From a virus (lineage: Duplodnaviria > Heunggongvirae > Uroviricota > Caudoviricetes): a stretch of DNA of 47,310 nucleotides. The notes under the pieces were generated by a model. It was given only the letters and a program-made list of their open reading frames with translations, was not told the DNA's origin and did no database searches. Location of the stretch: IMG/VR virus record IMGVR_UViG_2529292906_000014, positions 1 through 47,310 of that record. The stretch is one strand, 5' to 3'. The position numbers and the translations under genes are program-made. Of this stretch, positions 28,922-40,128 are shown piece by piece (position 1 is the stretch's first letter; every line of letters starts with the position of its first letter).

Positions 28922-29665
28922 ATGACCACACCAAATCCACTGGCAAAAACGAAAGGTGCGGGAACGACGTTCTGGATGTACACCGGCAAGGGCGATGCGT
29001 TTGCGAACCCTTTATCGGACACTGACTGGCTGCGTCTTGCGATGGTGAAGGATCTGCAGCCTGGCGAAATGACCGCTGATGCAGAAGATGACACTTATCT
29101 CGATGATGAAGATGCAGACTGGAAAACGACAACCCAGGGGCAGAAATCCGTCGGTGATACTTCGGCGACGCTGGCCTGGCGTCCGGGTGACAGCGGGCAG
29201 AAAAAACTGGTTCAGTTGTTCGACTCCGGTGAAGTCTGCGCGTTTCGTATCAAATATCCCAACGGTACTGTTGATGTTTTCCGTGGCTGGCTGAGTTCAC
29301 TGGGTAAAACCATTGCCTCAAAAGACGTGATGACCCGCACAGTGAAAATCAGCGGTGTGGGGCGTCCGTATCTGGCAGAAGAAGGTACTGAAACCGTGGG
29401 CGTTACCGGGCTGACGGTGGCACCGGCATCTGCCAGTGTAAAAGTGGGAGCAACCACCACGCTGACCTTTACAGTAAAACCTGACGGAGCCAGTGACAAA
29501 GCGATCAGTGTGCATTCGACAGATCCACAGACTGCCACGGTGACCCTGAACGGGCTTGTGGCCACAGTGAAAGGCGTGAAGCAGGGCAGTGTCAGCATTG
29601 TGGGCATGACTTCTGACGGCGATTTTGTGGCAGTGGCTGCGGTGGCTGTCAGCGCCGCAGGTTAA
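28922..29665 (+). CDS. V: major tail protein V with C-terminal Ig-like domain
   Basis: ATG at 28922 after AGGAGG; 247 aa; strong terminator downstream. Confidence 0.85.
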   Translation: MTTPNPLAKTKGAGTTFWMYTGKGDAFANPLSDTDWLRLAMVKDLQPGEMTADAEDDTYLDDEDADWKTTTQGQKSVGDTSATLAWRPGDSGQKKLVQLFDSGEVCAFRIKYPNGTVDVFRGWLSSLGKTIASKDVMTRTVKISGVGRPYLAEEGTETVGVTGLTVAPASASVKVGATTTLTFTVKPDGASDKAISVHSTDPQTATVTLNGLVATVKGVKQGSVSIVGMTSDGDFVAVAAVAVSAAG

Positions 29666-29685
29666 CAGGACGATACTCATCATTT

Positions 29686-29709
29686 GCCCCGGTTATCCGG
29701 GGCTTTTTT
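29686..29709 (+). terminator. intrinsic terminator after major tail gene
   Basis: GCCCCGG-ttat-CCGGGGC followed by T6. Confidence 0.7.
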
Positions 29710-29722
29710 GCAGGTGGAGAAC

Positions 29723-30112
29723 ATGATGTTTCTGAAACAGGGCACGTTTAATTATGAAAAGCAGTCCGTGGTGCTCAGTGAGCTGTCCGGGCTGCAGAGA
29801 ATTGAATATCTGGCGTTTGTTCAGCAGCGAACGGCAAAGTTTGATGCCGAAGAGGGAGAACTGCCGGAGGCTGAACGACAGATTGCTTTTCTGCGGATGG
29901 GGATGGATATCAATGCCTGGCTGGTTTCCCGCTCACTGTGGAATGCGGATCAGTCTAAGGATGTTGAGACGCTTTGCGCATCCGTTATTACAACATGGTC
30001 GTATGATGCCCTGGGAGCGGGGGCGGAGATGGTTCTGTCGCTGAGCGGTATGGGAGCCATTGAGAATGCCGGGGATTTGGAGCATGAGGTGCTGACGCCG
30101 GAAAAGTCCTGA
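29723..30112 (+). CDS. G: tail assembly chaperone G
   Basis: About 130 aa from MMFLKQGTFNYEK; followed by an overlapping -1 frame ORF as in lambda G/GT. Confidence 0.8.
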   Translation: MMFLKQGTFNYEKQSVVLSELSGLQRIEYLAFVQQRTAKFDAEEGELPEAERQIAFLRMGMDINAWLVSRSLWNADQSKDVETLCASVITTWSYDALGAGAEMVLSLSGMGAIENAGDLEHEVLTPEKS

Positions 30113-30450
30113 CGCGGGAAATGCAGTTTGTCATGCGGCTTGCCCGGGAGTTCCGGCGGGCAGACTGGCGGCGGATGCTGTCGGAAATGTCGGCCACTGA
30201 GCTTGGTGAGTGGGGCGATTATTTCCGGATGCAGAGCTTCAGTGATGTGTGGATGGATGCGCAGTTTGCCTCGCTGAAGGCATTGATCGTGAGAATGGTG
30301 TCCGGCAGCAGTGATGCTGCGGTGGCTGATTTCAGCCTTTTACCGGAAGAGAACGGGATACCGGAGCGAACGGACGAAGAACTGATGCATCTTGGGGAAG
30401 GTATTTCCGGAGGTGTGCGTTATGGACCAGATAGCCAACCTGGTCATTGA
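30088..30450 (+). CDS. T: tail assembly protein T, made as G-T fusion by -1 programmed frameshift
   Basis: -1 frame opens at 30088 inside the 3' end of G; A-rich CCGGAAAAG at 30098-30106 is the probable slip site. Confidence 0.6.
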   Translation, partial: GADAGKVLTREMQFVMRLAREFRRADWRRMLSEMSATELGEWGDYFRMQSFSDVWMDAQFASLKALIVRMVSGSSDAAVADFSLLPEENGIPERTDEELMHLGEGISGGVRYGPDSQPGH

Positions 30451-33400
30451 TTTGGGGATTGATGCGGCAGAGTTTAAAAATGAAATTCCCCGTATCAAAA
30501 ACCTTCTGAATGGTGCAGCCAGCGATGCAGAACGGTCTTCTGCCCGTATGCAGCGTTTTATGGAGCGTCAGACTCAGGCCGCCCGGCAGACAACGCAGGC
30601 GGCGTCTTCGGCTGCAACAGCCGCATCCGTCCATGCGCAGACGGTGGAGAAGAACGCACAGGCTCATGAACGCATGTCCCGCGAGGTGGAGAAAACCCGC
30701 CAGCGTATGGAGGCACTGAGCCAGAAAATGCGCGAGGAACAGGCGCAGGCCATGGCTCTGGCGGAGGCTCAGGATAAAGCAGCTGCTGCGTTTTATCGTC
30801 AGATTGACAGTGTGAAACAGGCCAGTGCGGGGCTGCAGGAATTACAGCGTATTCAGCAGCAGATCCGACAGGCCAGAAACAGTGGCGGGATTGGTCAGCA
30901 GGATTATCTGGCGCTGATTTCTGAGGTTACGGCGAAAACCCGTGTTCTTACGCAGGCTGAGGAAGAGGCTACCCGACAGAAAGTGGCGTTTATCCGTCAG
31001 CTTAAAGAGCAGGCAACCCGCCAGAATCTTTCTTCTTCTGAGTTGCTTCGTGCTAAGGCTGCCCAGCTGGGGGTAAGCAGTGCTGCAGAAGTGTATATCC
31101 GCAAAATGGAGCAGGCAGGAAAAGCCACGCATTCGCTGGGTCTGAAAAGTGCAGCGGCCCGCCAGGAGATAGGCGTTCTGATAGGTGAACTGGCCCGCGG
31201 CAATTTAGGTGCGCTGAGGGGATCCGGGATAACGCTGGCTAACCGTGCCGGATGGATAGACACACTGATGTCACCGAAAGGCATGATGCTTGGCGGGGTT
31301 ATTGGCGGTATTGCCGCGTCCGTCTATGGTCTGGGTAAAGCCTGGTATGACGGTCAGAAGGAGGGGGAAGAATTTAACCGCCAGCTGTCGCTGACGGGGC
31401 ATTATGCCGGAGTCACTGCCGGGCAGCTGTGGACGCTCAGTCGTGCTATTTCCGGGAATGGTATCACGCAACATGCTGCAGCCGGTGCGCTGGCTCAGGT
31501 GGTGGGGAGTGGTGCTTTTCGTGGAAACGATACCGGTATGGTGGCGAGAGCTGCTGCACAGATGGAGCGATCGGTTGGCCAGTCGGTCAGCGATACCATA
31601 AGTCAGTTTAAGCGGCTGAAGGATGATCCTGTAAATGCCGCGAAGGCTCTGGACAATGAGCTGCATTTTCTTACTGCCACTCAGCTTGAGCAGATACGCG
31701 TCCTTGGGGAGCAGGGGCGGTCCAGTGATGCTGCACGGATAGCCATGTCTGCACTGGCAGAGGAAACCGATCGTCGTACTGCGGATATTGATAATAACCT
31801 CAATGCGCTGGGTAGCACGCTGCAAACCTTGTCTGACTGGTGGAAGCAGTTCTGGGATGCGGCCATGAATATTGGTCGTGAAGACTCGCTGGATGAACAG
31901 ATTGCCGCTTTACAGGAGAAAGTATCGCGGGCGAAAAGACTCCCCTGGACGGCATCATCTTCTCAGGTTGAATACGATCAGCAGCGTCTTAACGATCTTC
32001 AGGAGAAAAAACGCCAGAAGGATTTGCAGGATGCAAAAGAGCAGGCAGAGCGGAATTATCAGGAGCAACAGAAACGCCGTAATGCTGAAAATGCTGCACT
32101 GAACCGGATGAATGAAACGGAAGCAGCACGGCATCAGCGTGAAATTGCGCGTATTAATGCCATGCAGTACGCCGATCAGGCTGTCAGGGATGCGGCGATA
32201 CAACGTGAAAATGAACGTTACGAGAAAGCCCTGGCATCCGGTAAGAAAAAACACGCGAAACCCGTAATGATGAGGCCACCCGGTTATTGCTGCAGTACAG
32301 TCAGCAACAGGCACAGGTGGAAGGGCAGATTGCTGCTGCAAGACAGTCAGCAGGCATTGCCACTGAAAAGATGACAGAAGCGCATAAACAGCTTCTGGCT
32401 CTGCAGCAGCGCATCAGCGATCTGGACGGGAAAAAACTGACGGCAGATGAAAAGAGTGTGCTGGCCCGTAAAGATGAACTGATTCAGGCACTGACGCTGC
32501 TGGATTTAAAACAGCAGGAGCTTCAGAAACAGACGGCACTCAACGATCTGAAGAAAAAAACAATTCAGCTGACCAGTCAACTGGCTGAAGAAGAGCGCGC
32601 TCAGCGTCAGCAACATGACCTGGATATCGCCACGGTGGGTATGGGTGATCAGCAGCGGCAGCGATATCAGGTACAACTGAGTCTTCGCCAGAAATACCAG
32701 CAACAGCTGGAGCAGTTGAGGCGGGATAGTGAGCAGAAAGGGACATATAACACGGATGACTACAGAAAGGCCGAGCAGGCGCTGACGGAGAGCCTGAACA
32801 GGCAACTGAATGAGAATCGCCGTTACTGGCAACAGCTTGAAATTGCTCAGGGTAACTGGAAAAACGGTGCCATGCGTGCATTTCAGGATTTTACCGTGGA
32901 TGCAGACAATACGGCAGGCACTGCTGAGCAGATGCTTACAGCGGCATTTAACAGTGCAGGTAATGCACTGGCAACCTTCTGTACCACCGGAAAACTGAAC
33001 TTCAAATCTTTTACCGCCTCGCTCCTTTCTGATCTGGCAAAAATCATGGCCCAGATGTCCATGATGCAGGCAGTTAAGGGGATTGGTTCGGCGTTTGGCT
33101 GGGGGAGTGCAGCAACTGCCAGTGTGACGCCCAATGCTGATGGTGGTGTTTATCAGTCTGCTGATTTGAGTCGTTACAGTGGCACGGTGGTTAACCGTCC
33201 GACGTTTTTTGCTTTTGCAAAAGGTGCAGGTGTGATGGGGGAAGCTGGGCCTGAAGCCATTCTGCCTCTGCGTCGTGGTGCTGACGGTAAGCTGGGGGTT
33301 GTGGCGGATATTGGTGGTTCAGGTATGGCGATGTTTGCCCCGCAGTACAACATTGAGATCAATAACGATGGCACGAACGGGCAGATAGGTCCGGCTGCCC

Positions 33401-33495
33401 TGAAGGTGGTTTATGACCTCGGGAAAAAAGCAGCAGCGGACTTTATGCAACAGCAGTCCCGTGATGGTGGTCTGTTCTCCGGAGGTGGACGATGA
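30422..33495 (+). pseudogene. H: tail tape measure protein (gpH-like), reading frame broken at an A6 tract near 32246-32251
   Basis: Two overlapping ORFs (30392-32374 and 32287-33495) in different frames; C-terminus ends ...INNDGTNGQIGPAALKVVYDL...DGGLFSGGGR like lambda H; one extra A in the A6 run restores a continuous coiled-coil frame. Confidence 0.75.
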
Positions 33496-33821
33496 AAACC
33501 TTCCGCTGGAAAGTGAAACCCGGTATGGATGTGGCTTCGGCCCCTTCCGTAAGAAAGGTGCGCTTTGGTGATGGCTATTCCCAGCGAGCGCCTGCCGGGC
33601 TGAATGCCGACCTGAAAACGTACAGCGTGACGCTTTCTGTTCCCCGTTGGGAGGCCACGGCGCTTGAGTCGTTTCTGGCTGAGCACGGGGGCTGGAAATC
33701 CTTTCTGTGGACGCCGCCTTATGAGTGGCGGCAGATAAAGGTGACCTGCGCAAAATGGTCGTCGCGTGTCAGTATGCTGCGTGTTGAGTTCAGCGCAGAG
33801 TTTGAACAGGTGGTGAACTGA
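33492..33821 (+). CDS. M: minor tail protein M
   Basis: 109 aa recognisably lambda gpM-like; start overlaps the H stop. Confidence 0.9.
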   Translation: MKTFRWKVKPGMDVASAPSVRKVRFGDGYSQRAPAGLNADLKTYSVTLSVPRWEATALESFLAEHGGWKSFLWTPPYEWRQIKVTCAKWSSRVSMLRVEFSAEFEQVVN

Positions 33822-34519
33822 TGCAGGATATCCGGCAGGAAACACTGAATGAATGCACCCGTGCGGAGCAGTCGGCCAGCGTGGTGCTCTGGGAAATCGA
33901 CCTGACAGAGGTCGGTGGAGAACGTTATTTTTTCTGTAATGAGCTGAACGAAAAAGGTGAGCCGGTCACCTGGCAGGGGCGACAGTATCAGCCGTATCCC
34001 ATTCAGGGGAGTGGTTTTGAACTGAATGGCAAAGGCACCAGTACGCGCCCCACGCTGACGGTTTCTAACCTGTACGGTATGGTCACCGGGATGGCGGAAG
34101 ATCTGCAGAGTCTGGTCGGCGGAACGGTGGTCCGGCGTAAGGTTTACGCCCGTTTTCTGGATGCGGTGAACTTCGTTAACGGAAACAGTGACGCCGATCC
34201 GGAGCAGGAGGTGATCAGCCGCTGGCGCATCGAGCAGTGCAGCGAACTGAGCGCGGTGAGTGCCTCCTTTGTACTGTCCACGCCGACGGAAACAGATGGC
34301 GCTGTTTTTCCGGGACGTATCATGCTGGCCAACACCTGCACCTGGACCTATCGCGGCGATGAGTGCGGTTATCACGGTCCGGCGGTCGCGGATGAATATG
34401 ACCAGACAACGTCCGATATCACGAAGGATAAATGCAGCAAATGCCTGAGTGGCTGTAAGTTCCGCAATAATGTCGGCAACTTTGGCGGCTTCCTTTCCAT
34501 TAACAAACTTTCGCAGTAA
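33821..34519 (+). CDS. L: minor tail protein L
   Basis: 232 aa lambda gpL-like with C-terminal Cys cluster. Confidence 0.9.
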   Translation: MQDIRQETLNECTRAEQSASVVLWEIDLTEVGGERYFFCNELNEKGEPVTWQGRQYQPYPIQGSGFELNGKGTSTRPTLTVSNLYGMVTGMAEDLQSLVGGTVVRRKVYARFLDAVNFVNGNSDADPEQEVISRWRIEQCSELSAVSASFVLSTPTETDGAVFPGRIMLANTCTWTYRGDECGYHGPAVADEYDQTTSDITKDKCSKCLSGCKFRNNVGNFGGFLSINKLSQ

Positions 34520-34524
34520 ATCCC

Positions 34525-35268
34525 ATGACAGAGACAGAATCAGCGATTCTGGCGCACGCCCGGCGATGTGCGCCAGCGGAGTCGTGCGGCTTCGTGGTGA
34601 GAACGCCGGACGGGGAAAGATATTTTCCCTGCGTGAATATCTCCGGTGAGCCGGAGGCGTATTTCCGGATGTCGCCGGAGGACTGGCTGCGGGCAGAGAT
34701 GCAGGGTGAAATTGTGGCGCTGGTCCACAGCCACCCCGGTGGTCTGCCCTGGCTGAGTGAGGCTGACCGGCGGCTGCAGGTGCAGAGTGATTTGCCGTGG
34801 TGGCTGGTCTGCCGGGGGACGATTCATAAGTTCCGCTGTGTGCCGCATCTCACCGGGCGGCGCTTTGAGCACGGGGTGACGGACTGTTACACGCTATTCC
34901 GGGATGCTTATCATCTGGCGGGGATTGAGATGCCGGATTTTCATCGCGAGGATGACTGGTGGCGTCACGGTCAGAATCTCTATCTGGATAATCTGGAGGC
35001 CACAGGGCTGTATCAGGTGCCGTTGTCATCAGCACAACCGGGCGATGTGCTGCTGTGCTGTTTTGGTTCATCGGTGCCGAATCATGCCGCCATTTACTGT
35101 GGTGATGGCGAGCTGCTGCACCATATTCCTGAACAACTGAGCAAACGAGAGAGGTATACCGACAAATGGCAGCGACGCACACACTCCCTCTGGCGTCACC
35201 GGGCATGGCACGCATCTGCCTTTACGGGGATTTACAACGATTTGGCCGCCGCATCGACCTTCGTGTGA
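34525..35268 (+). CDS. K: tail assembly protein K (JAMM/MPN plus NlpC/P60-like)
   Basis: 247 aa with JAMM motif HSHPGG...SEAD; lambda gpK-like. Confidence 0.9.
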   Translation: MTETESAILAHARRCAPAESCGFVVRTPDGERYFPCVNISGEPEAYFRMSPEDWLRAEMQGEIVALVHSHPGGLPWLSEADRRLQVQSDLPWWLVCRGTIHKFRCVPHLTGRRFEHGVTDCYTLFRDAYHLAGIEMPDFHREDDWWRHGQNLYLDNLEATGLYQVPLSSAQPGDVLLCCFGSSVPNHAAIYCGDGELLHHIPEQLSKRERYTDKWQRRTHSLWRHRAWHASAFTGIYNDLAAASTFV

Positions 35269-35837
35269 AAACGGGGGCTGAAGCCATCCGGGCGCTGGCC
35301 ACACAGCTCCCGGCGTTTCGTCAGAAACTGAGCGACGGCTGGTATCAGGTACGGATTGCCGGGCAGGATGTCAGCACGTCCGGATTAACGGCGCAGTTAC
35401 ATGAGGCCCTGCCTGATGGCGCTGTGATTCATATTGTTCCCAGAGTCGCCGGGGCCAAGTCAGGTGGCGTATTCCAGATTGTTCTGGGGGCTGCCGCCAT
35501 TGCCGGATCATTCTTTACTGCCGGAGCCACCCTTGCAGCATGGGGGGCAGCCATTGGGGCCGGTGGTATGACCGGCATCCTGTTTTCTCTCGGTGCCAGT
35601 ATGGTGCTTGGCGGTGTGGCCCAGATGCTGGCCCCTAAACCCAGAACTCCCCGTACACAGACAACGGATAACGGTAAGCAGAACACGTATTTCTCGTCAC
35701 TGGACAACATGGTTGCCCAGGGCAATGTTCTGCCTGTTCTGTACGGTGAAATGCGCGTGGGGTCACGTGTTGTCTCTCAGGAGATTAGCACGGCAGACGA
35801 GGGGGACGGTGGTCAGGTTGTGGTGATTGGTCGTTGA
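35166..35837 (+). CDS. I: tail assembly protein I
   Basis: 223 aa starting MAATHTLPLASPGMARICLYGDLQRFG, which I recall as near-identical to lambda gpI; overlaps the 3' end of K. Confidence 0.9.
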   Translation: MAATHTLPLASPGMARICLYGDLQRFGRRIDLRVKTGAEAIRALATQLPAFRQKLSDGWYQVRIAGQDVSTSGLTAQLHEALPDGAVIHIVPRVAGAKSGGVFQIVLGAAAIAGSFFTAGATLAAWGAAIGAGGMTGILFSLGASMVLGGVAQMLAPKPRTPRTQTTDNGKQNTYFSSLDNMVAQGNVLPVLYGEMRVGSRVVSQEISTADEGDGGQVVVIGR

Positions 35838-35897
35838 TGAAAAACGTTTTATGTGAAACCGCCTCAGGGCGGTTTTGTCGTTTCTGGAGCGAGAGGA

Positions 35898-38800
35898 ATG
35901 GGTAAAGGCAGCAGTAAGGGGCATACCCCGCGCGAAGCGAAGGACAACCTGAAATCATCCCAGATGCTGAGCGTGATAGACGCCATCAGCGAAGGGCCGG
36001 TTGAAGGTCCGGTGGATGGATTAAAAAGCGTGCTGCTGAACAGTACACCGGTGCTGGACAGTGAGGGGAATACCAACATCTCCGGTGTCACGGTGGTGTT
36101 CCGGGCAGGTGAGCAGGAGCAGACACCGCCGGAGGGTTTTGAATCCTCCGGCTCCGAGACGGTGCTGGGTACGGAAGTGAAATACGACACGCCGATCACC
36201 CGGACCATCACGTCTGCAAACATCGACCGTCTGCGTTTTACCTTCGGTGTGCAGGCACTGGTGGAAACCACTTCAAAGGGGGACCGGAATCCGTCGGAAG
36301 TCCGCCTGCTGGTTCAGATACAGCGTAACGGTGGCTGGGTGACGGAAAAAGACATCACCATTAAGGGCAAAACCACCTCGCAGTATCTGGCCTCGGTGGT
36401 GGTGGATAACCTGCCGCCGCGCCCGTTCAATATCCGGATGCGCAGGATGACACCGGACAGCACCACAGACCAGCTGCAGAACAAAACGCTCTGGTCGTCA
36501 TACACCGAAATCATCGATGTGAAACAGTGCTACCCGAACACGGCACTGGTCGGCGTGCAGGTGGATTCGGAGCAGTTCGGCAGCCAGCAGGTGAGCCGTA
36601 ATTATCATCTGCGCGGGCGCATTCTGCAGGTGCCGTCGAATTATAACCCGCTGACGCGGCAATACAGCGGTATCTGGGACGGAACGTTTAAGCCAGCATA
36701 CAGCAACAACATGGTCTGGTGTCTGTGGGATATGCTGACCCACCCGCGCTACGGCATGGGGAAACGTCTTGGTGCGGCAGATGTGGATAAATGGGCGCTG
36801 TATGTCATCGGCCAGTACTGCGACCAGTCAGTGCCGGACGGTTTTGGCGGCACGGAGCCGCGCATCACCTGTAATGCGTACCTGACCACACAGCGCAAGG
36901 CGTGGGATGTGCTCAGTGATTTCTGCTCGGCGATGCGCTGTATGCCGGTATGGAACGGGCAGACGCTGACGTTCGTGCAGGACCGACCGTCGGATAAGGT
37001 GTGGACCTATAACCGCAGTAATGTGGTGATGCCGGATGATGGCGCGCCGTTCCGCTACAGCTTCAGCGCCCTGAAGGACCGCCATAATGCCGTTGAGGTG
37101 AACTGGATTGACCCGGATAACGGCTGGGAGACGGCGACAGAGCTTGTGGAGGACACGCAGGCCATTGCCCGTTACGGTCGTAACGTCACGAAGATGGATG
37201 CTTTTGGCTGTACCAGCCGGGGGCAGGCACACCGCGCCGGGCTGTGGCTGATTAAAACGGAGCTGCTGGAAACGCAGACCGTGGACTTCAGCGTGGGCAC
37301 AGAAGGGCTTCGCCATGTACCGGGCGATGTCATTGAAATCTGCGATGATGACTATGCGGGCATCAGCACCGGTGGGCGCGTGCTGGCGGTGAACAGCCAG
37401 ACGCGGACACTGACGCTCGACCGTGAAATCACGCTGCCAGCCTCCGGCACCACGCTGATAAGTCTGGTTGACGGGCAGGGGAGTCCGGTCAGCGTGGAGG
37501 TTCAGTCCGTCACCGACGGCGTGAAGGTAAAAGTGAGCCGGGTTCCTGACGGTGTTGCTGAATACAGCGTGTGGGGGCTGAAGCTGCCGACGCTGCGCCA
37601 GCGCCTGTTCCGCTGCGTGAGTATCCGTGAGAACGACGACGGCACGTATGCCATCACTGCCGTGCAGCATGTGCCGGAGAAAGAGGCCATCGTGGATAAC
37701 GGGGCGCACTTTGACGGTGACCAGAGCGGCACGGTGAATGGTGTCACGCCGCCAGCAGTGCAGCATCTGACCGCCGAAGTCACTGCAGACAGCGGGGAAT
37801 ATCAGGTGCTGGCGCGATGGGACACGCCGAAGGTGGTGAAGGGTGTGAGCTTTATGCTTCGCCTGACTGTGGCAGCAGACGACGGCAGTGAGCGGCTGGT
37901 CAGCACGGCCCGGACGACGGAAACCACATACCGCTTCACGCAACTGGCGCCAGGGAACTACAGGCTGACAGTCCGGGCGGTAAATGCGTGGGGGCAGCAG
38001 GGCGATCCGGCATCGGTATCGTTCCGGATTGCCGCACCGGCAGCACCGTCGCGGATTGAGCTGACGCCGGGCTATTTTCAGATAACCGCAACGCCGCATC
38101 TTGCCGTTTATGATCCGACGGTACAGTTTGAGTTCTGGTTCTCGGAAAAGCGGATTGCGGATATCAGGCAGGTTGAAACCACAGCCCGCTATCTTGGTAC
38201 GGCGCTGTACTGGATAGCTGCCAGTATCAATATCAAACCGGGCCATGATTATTACTTTTATATCCGCAGTGTGAACACCGTTGGCAAATCGGCATTCGTG
38301 GAGGCTGTTGGTCAGCCGAGTGATGATGCATCCGGTTATCTGGATTTTTTCAAAGGCGAGATAGGGAAAACCCATCTGGCTCAGGAGCTGTGGACGCAGA
38401 TTGATAACGGTCAGCTTGCGCCTGACCTGGCTGAAATCAGGACGTCCATTACGGATGTCAGCAATGAAATCACGCAGACCGTCAATAAGAAACTGGAAGA
38501 CCAGAGTGCGGCAATTCAGCAGATACAGAAGGTTCAGGTTGATACAAATAATAACCTGAACAGCATGTGGGCTGTGAAGCTGCAGCAGATGCAGGACGGA
38601 CGCCTTTATATCGCGGGTATTGGTGCCGGTATTGAGAACACCCCTGACGGCATGCAGAGTCAGGTGCTGCTGGCGGCGGACAGGATTGCGATGGTTAATC
38701 CTGCGAATGGCAACACAAAACCGATGTTTGTTGGTCAGGGCGATCAGATATTCATGAACGACGTGTTCCTGAAACGCCTGACGGCCCCCACCATTACCAG

Positions 38801-39395
38801 CGGTGGAAATCCACCGGCATTTTCCCTGACACCGGACGGAAAGCTGACCGCTAAAAATGCGGATATCAGTGGCAGTGTGAATGCGAACGCCGGGACGCTC
38901 AACAATGTCACGGTAAATGAAAACTGTACGATTAAGGGCATGCTGGAGGCGACTCAGGTCAGAGGTGACTTCGTTAAAGCTGTATCCAAATCATTTCCGA
39001 AACAGGCTGGTACGTGGGGTAACACGGAAACACCAAACGGGACGGTTACAGTCACCATCAGCGATGATCATAACTTTGACCGTCAGATTATTATTCCGCC
39101 CATTATCTTTAACGGAATAGCGTATAGCGATCCGGGAAGTGGTAATAACCCGGGAGGTACAAGATACACGGGTTATGGTTTTGAAGTTCGCAAAAACGGT
39201 GTATTAATCGCATCCAGAGAAACTAAAGGGGCCATTCCCGGTAGCTACAGTGCGGTTATTGATATGCCGAGTGGCAGGGGAAGCGTCACTCTGGAGTTTA
39301 AGGTTTTCCATAAAGGCAATCAGCGGGCAGGTAATATCACCGACTGTACGGTGATTGTGACCAAAAAAGCCGCTTCCGGCATCAGTATTCGTTGA
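35898..39395 (+). CDS. J: central tail fiber / host specificity protein J
   Basis: About 1165 aa from [20 protein letters not shown]; lambda gpJ-like over the first roughly 1000 aa, divergent in the last roughly 150 aa. Confidence 0.9.
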   Translation: MGKGSSKGHTPREAKDNLKSSQMLSVIDAISEGPVEGPVDGLKSVLLNSTPVLDSEGNTNISGVTVVFRAGEQEQTPPEGFESSGSETVLGTEVKYDTPITRTITSANIDRLRFTFGVQALVETTSKGDRNPSEVRLLVQIQRNGGWVTEKDITIKGKTTSQYLASVVVDNLPPRPFNIRMRRMTPDSTTDQLQNKTLWSSYTEIIDVKQCYPNTALVGVQVDSEQFGSQQVSRNYHLRGRILQVPSNYNPLTRQYSGIWDGTFKPAYSNNMVWCLWDMLTHPRYGMGKRLGAADVDKWALYVIGQYCDQSVPDGFGGTEPRITCNAYLTTQRKAWDVLSDFCSAMRCMPVWNGQTLTFVQDRPSDKVWTYNRSNVVMPDDGAPFRYSFSALKDRHNAVEVNWIDPDNGWETATELVEDTQAIARYGRNVTKMDAFGCTSRGQAHRAGLWLIKTELLETQTVDFSVGTEGLRHVPGDVIEICDDDYAGISTGGRVLAVNSQTRTLTLDREITLPASGTTLISLVDGQGSPVSVEVQSVTDGVKVKVSRVPDGVAEYSVWGLKLPTLRQRLFRCVSIRENDDGTYAITAVQHVPEKEAIVDNGAHFDGDQSGTVNGVTPPAVQHLTAEVTADSGEYQVLARWDTPKVVKGVSFMLRLTVAADDGSERLVSTARTTETTYRFTQLAPGNYRLTVRAVNAWGQQGDPASVSFRIAAPAAPSRIELTPGYFQITATPHLAVYDPTVQFEFWFSEKRIADIRQVETTARYLGTALYWIAASINIKPGHDYYFYIRSVNTVGKSAFVEAVGQPSDDASGYLDFFKGEIGKTHLAQELWTQIDNGQLAPDLAEIRTSITDVSNEITQTVNKKLEDQSAAIQQIQKVQVDTNNNLNSMWAVKLQQMQDGRLYIAGIGAGIENTPDGMQSQVLLAADRIAMVNPANGNTKPMFVGQGDQIFMNDVFLKRLTAPTITSGGNPPAFSLTPDGKLTAKNADISGSVNANAGTLNNVTVNENCTIKGMLEATQVRGDFVKAVSKSFPKQAGTWGNTETPNGTVTVTISDDHNFDRQIIIPPIIFNGIAYSDPGSGNNPGGTRYTGYGFEVRKNGVLIASRETKGAIPGSYSAVIDMPSGRGSVTLEFKVFHKGNQRAGNITDCTVIVTKKAASGISIR

Positions 39396-39415
39396 AATTG
39401 TTATAACCCATATAA

Positions 39416-39441
39416 GGGCACCAGAAATGGTGCCTTTTTTA
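39416..39441 (+). terminator. intrinsic terminator after J
   Basis: GGCACC-agaaat-GGTGCC followed by T6. Confidence 0.7.
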
Positions 39442-39464
39442 TTGCAGAAAAGCGAGAGGTAATT

Positions 39465-40064
39465 ATGCGTAAACTTTATGCCGCCATTTTTTCCGCAGCC
39501 ATTTGTCTGGCCGTATCCGGTGCGCCTGCATGGGCATCTGAACATCAGTCCACGCTGAGCGCGGGGTATCTTCATGCCTCGACGAACGTTCCCGGCAGCG
39601 ATGATCTGAACGGGATTAACGTGAAATACCGTTATGAGTTTACGGACACACTGGGGATGGTGACGTCATTCAGCTATGCAGGAGACAAGAATCGCCAGCT
39701 GACCCATTACAGCGATACCCGCTGGCATGAAGATTCCGTTCGTAACCGCTGGTTCAGCGTGATGGCGGGGCCGTCTGTGCGCGTGAATGAATGGTTCAGC
39801 GCGTATGCGATGGCGGGTGTGGCTTACAGCCGTGTGTCGACTTTCTCCGGGGATTATCTCCGCGTAACTGACAACAAGGGGAAAACGCACGACGTGCTGA
39901 CCGGAAGTGATGACGGTCGCCACAGCAACACGTCTCTGGCGTGGGGAGCTGGCGTGCAGTTTAACCCGACCGAATCCGTGGCCATTGATATTGCTTATGA
40001 AGGCTCCGGCAGTGGTGACTGGCGCACTGACGGTTTCATCATGGGTGTCGGTTATAAATTCTGA
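39465..40064 (+). CDS. lom: outer membrane protein Lom (Ail/Lom family)
   Basis: 199 aa with signal peptide MRKLYAAIFSAAICLAVSGAPAWA and beta-barrel pattern; lambda Lom-like; between J and stf. Confidence 0.9.
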   Translation: MRKLYAAIFSAAICLAVSGAPAWASEHQSTLSAGYLHASTNVPGSDDLNGINVKYRYEFTDTLGMVTSFSYAGDKNRQLTHYSDTRWHEDSVRNRWFSVMAGPSVRVNEWFSAYAMAGVAYSRVSTFSGDYLRVTDNKGKTHDVLTGSDDGRHSNTSLAWGAGVQFNPTESVAIDIAYEGSGSGDWRTDGFIMGVGYKF

Positions 40065-40090
40065 TTAGCCAGGTAACACAGTGTTATGAC

Positions 40091-40117
40091 AGCCCGCCGG
40101 TTCAGGCGGGCTTTTTT
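40091..40117 (+). terminator. intrinsic terminator after lom
   Basis: AGCCCGCC-ggttca-GGCGGGCT followed by T6. Confidence 0.7.
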
Positions 40118-40128
40118 GTGGGGTGAAT

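Noticed and set aside
36828-38375. 515-aa ORF on the minus strand inside J
   Set aside because: Antisense to the well-supported J gene in GC-rich sequence; Arg/His/Cys-rich composition typical of a spurious antisense frame
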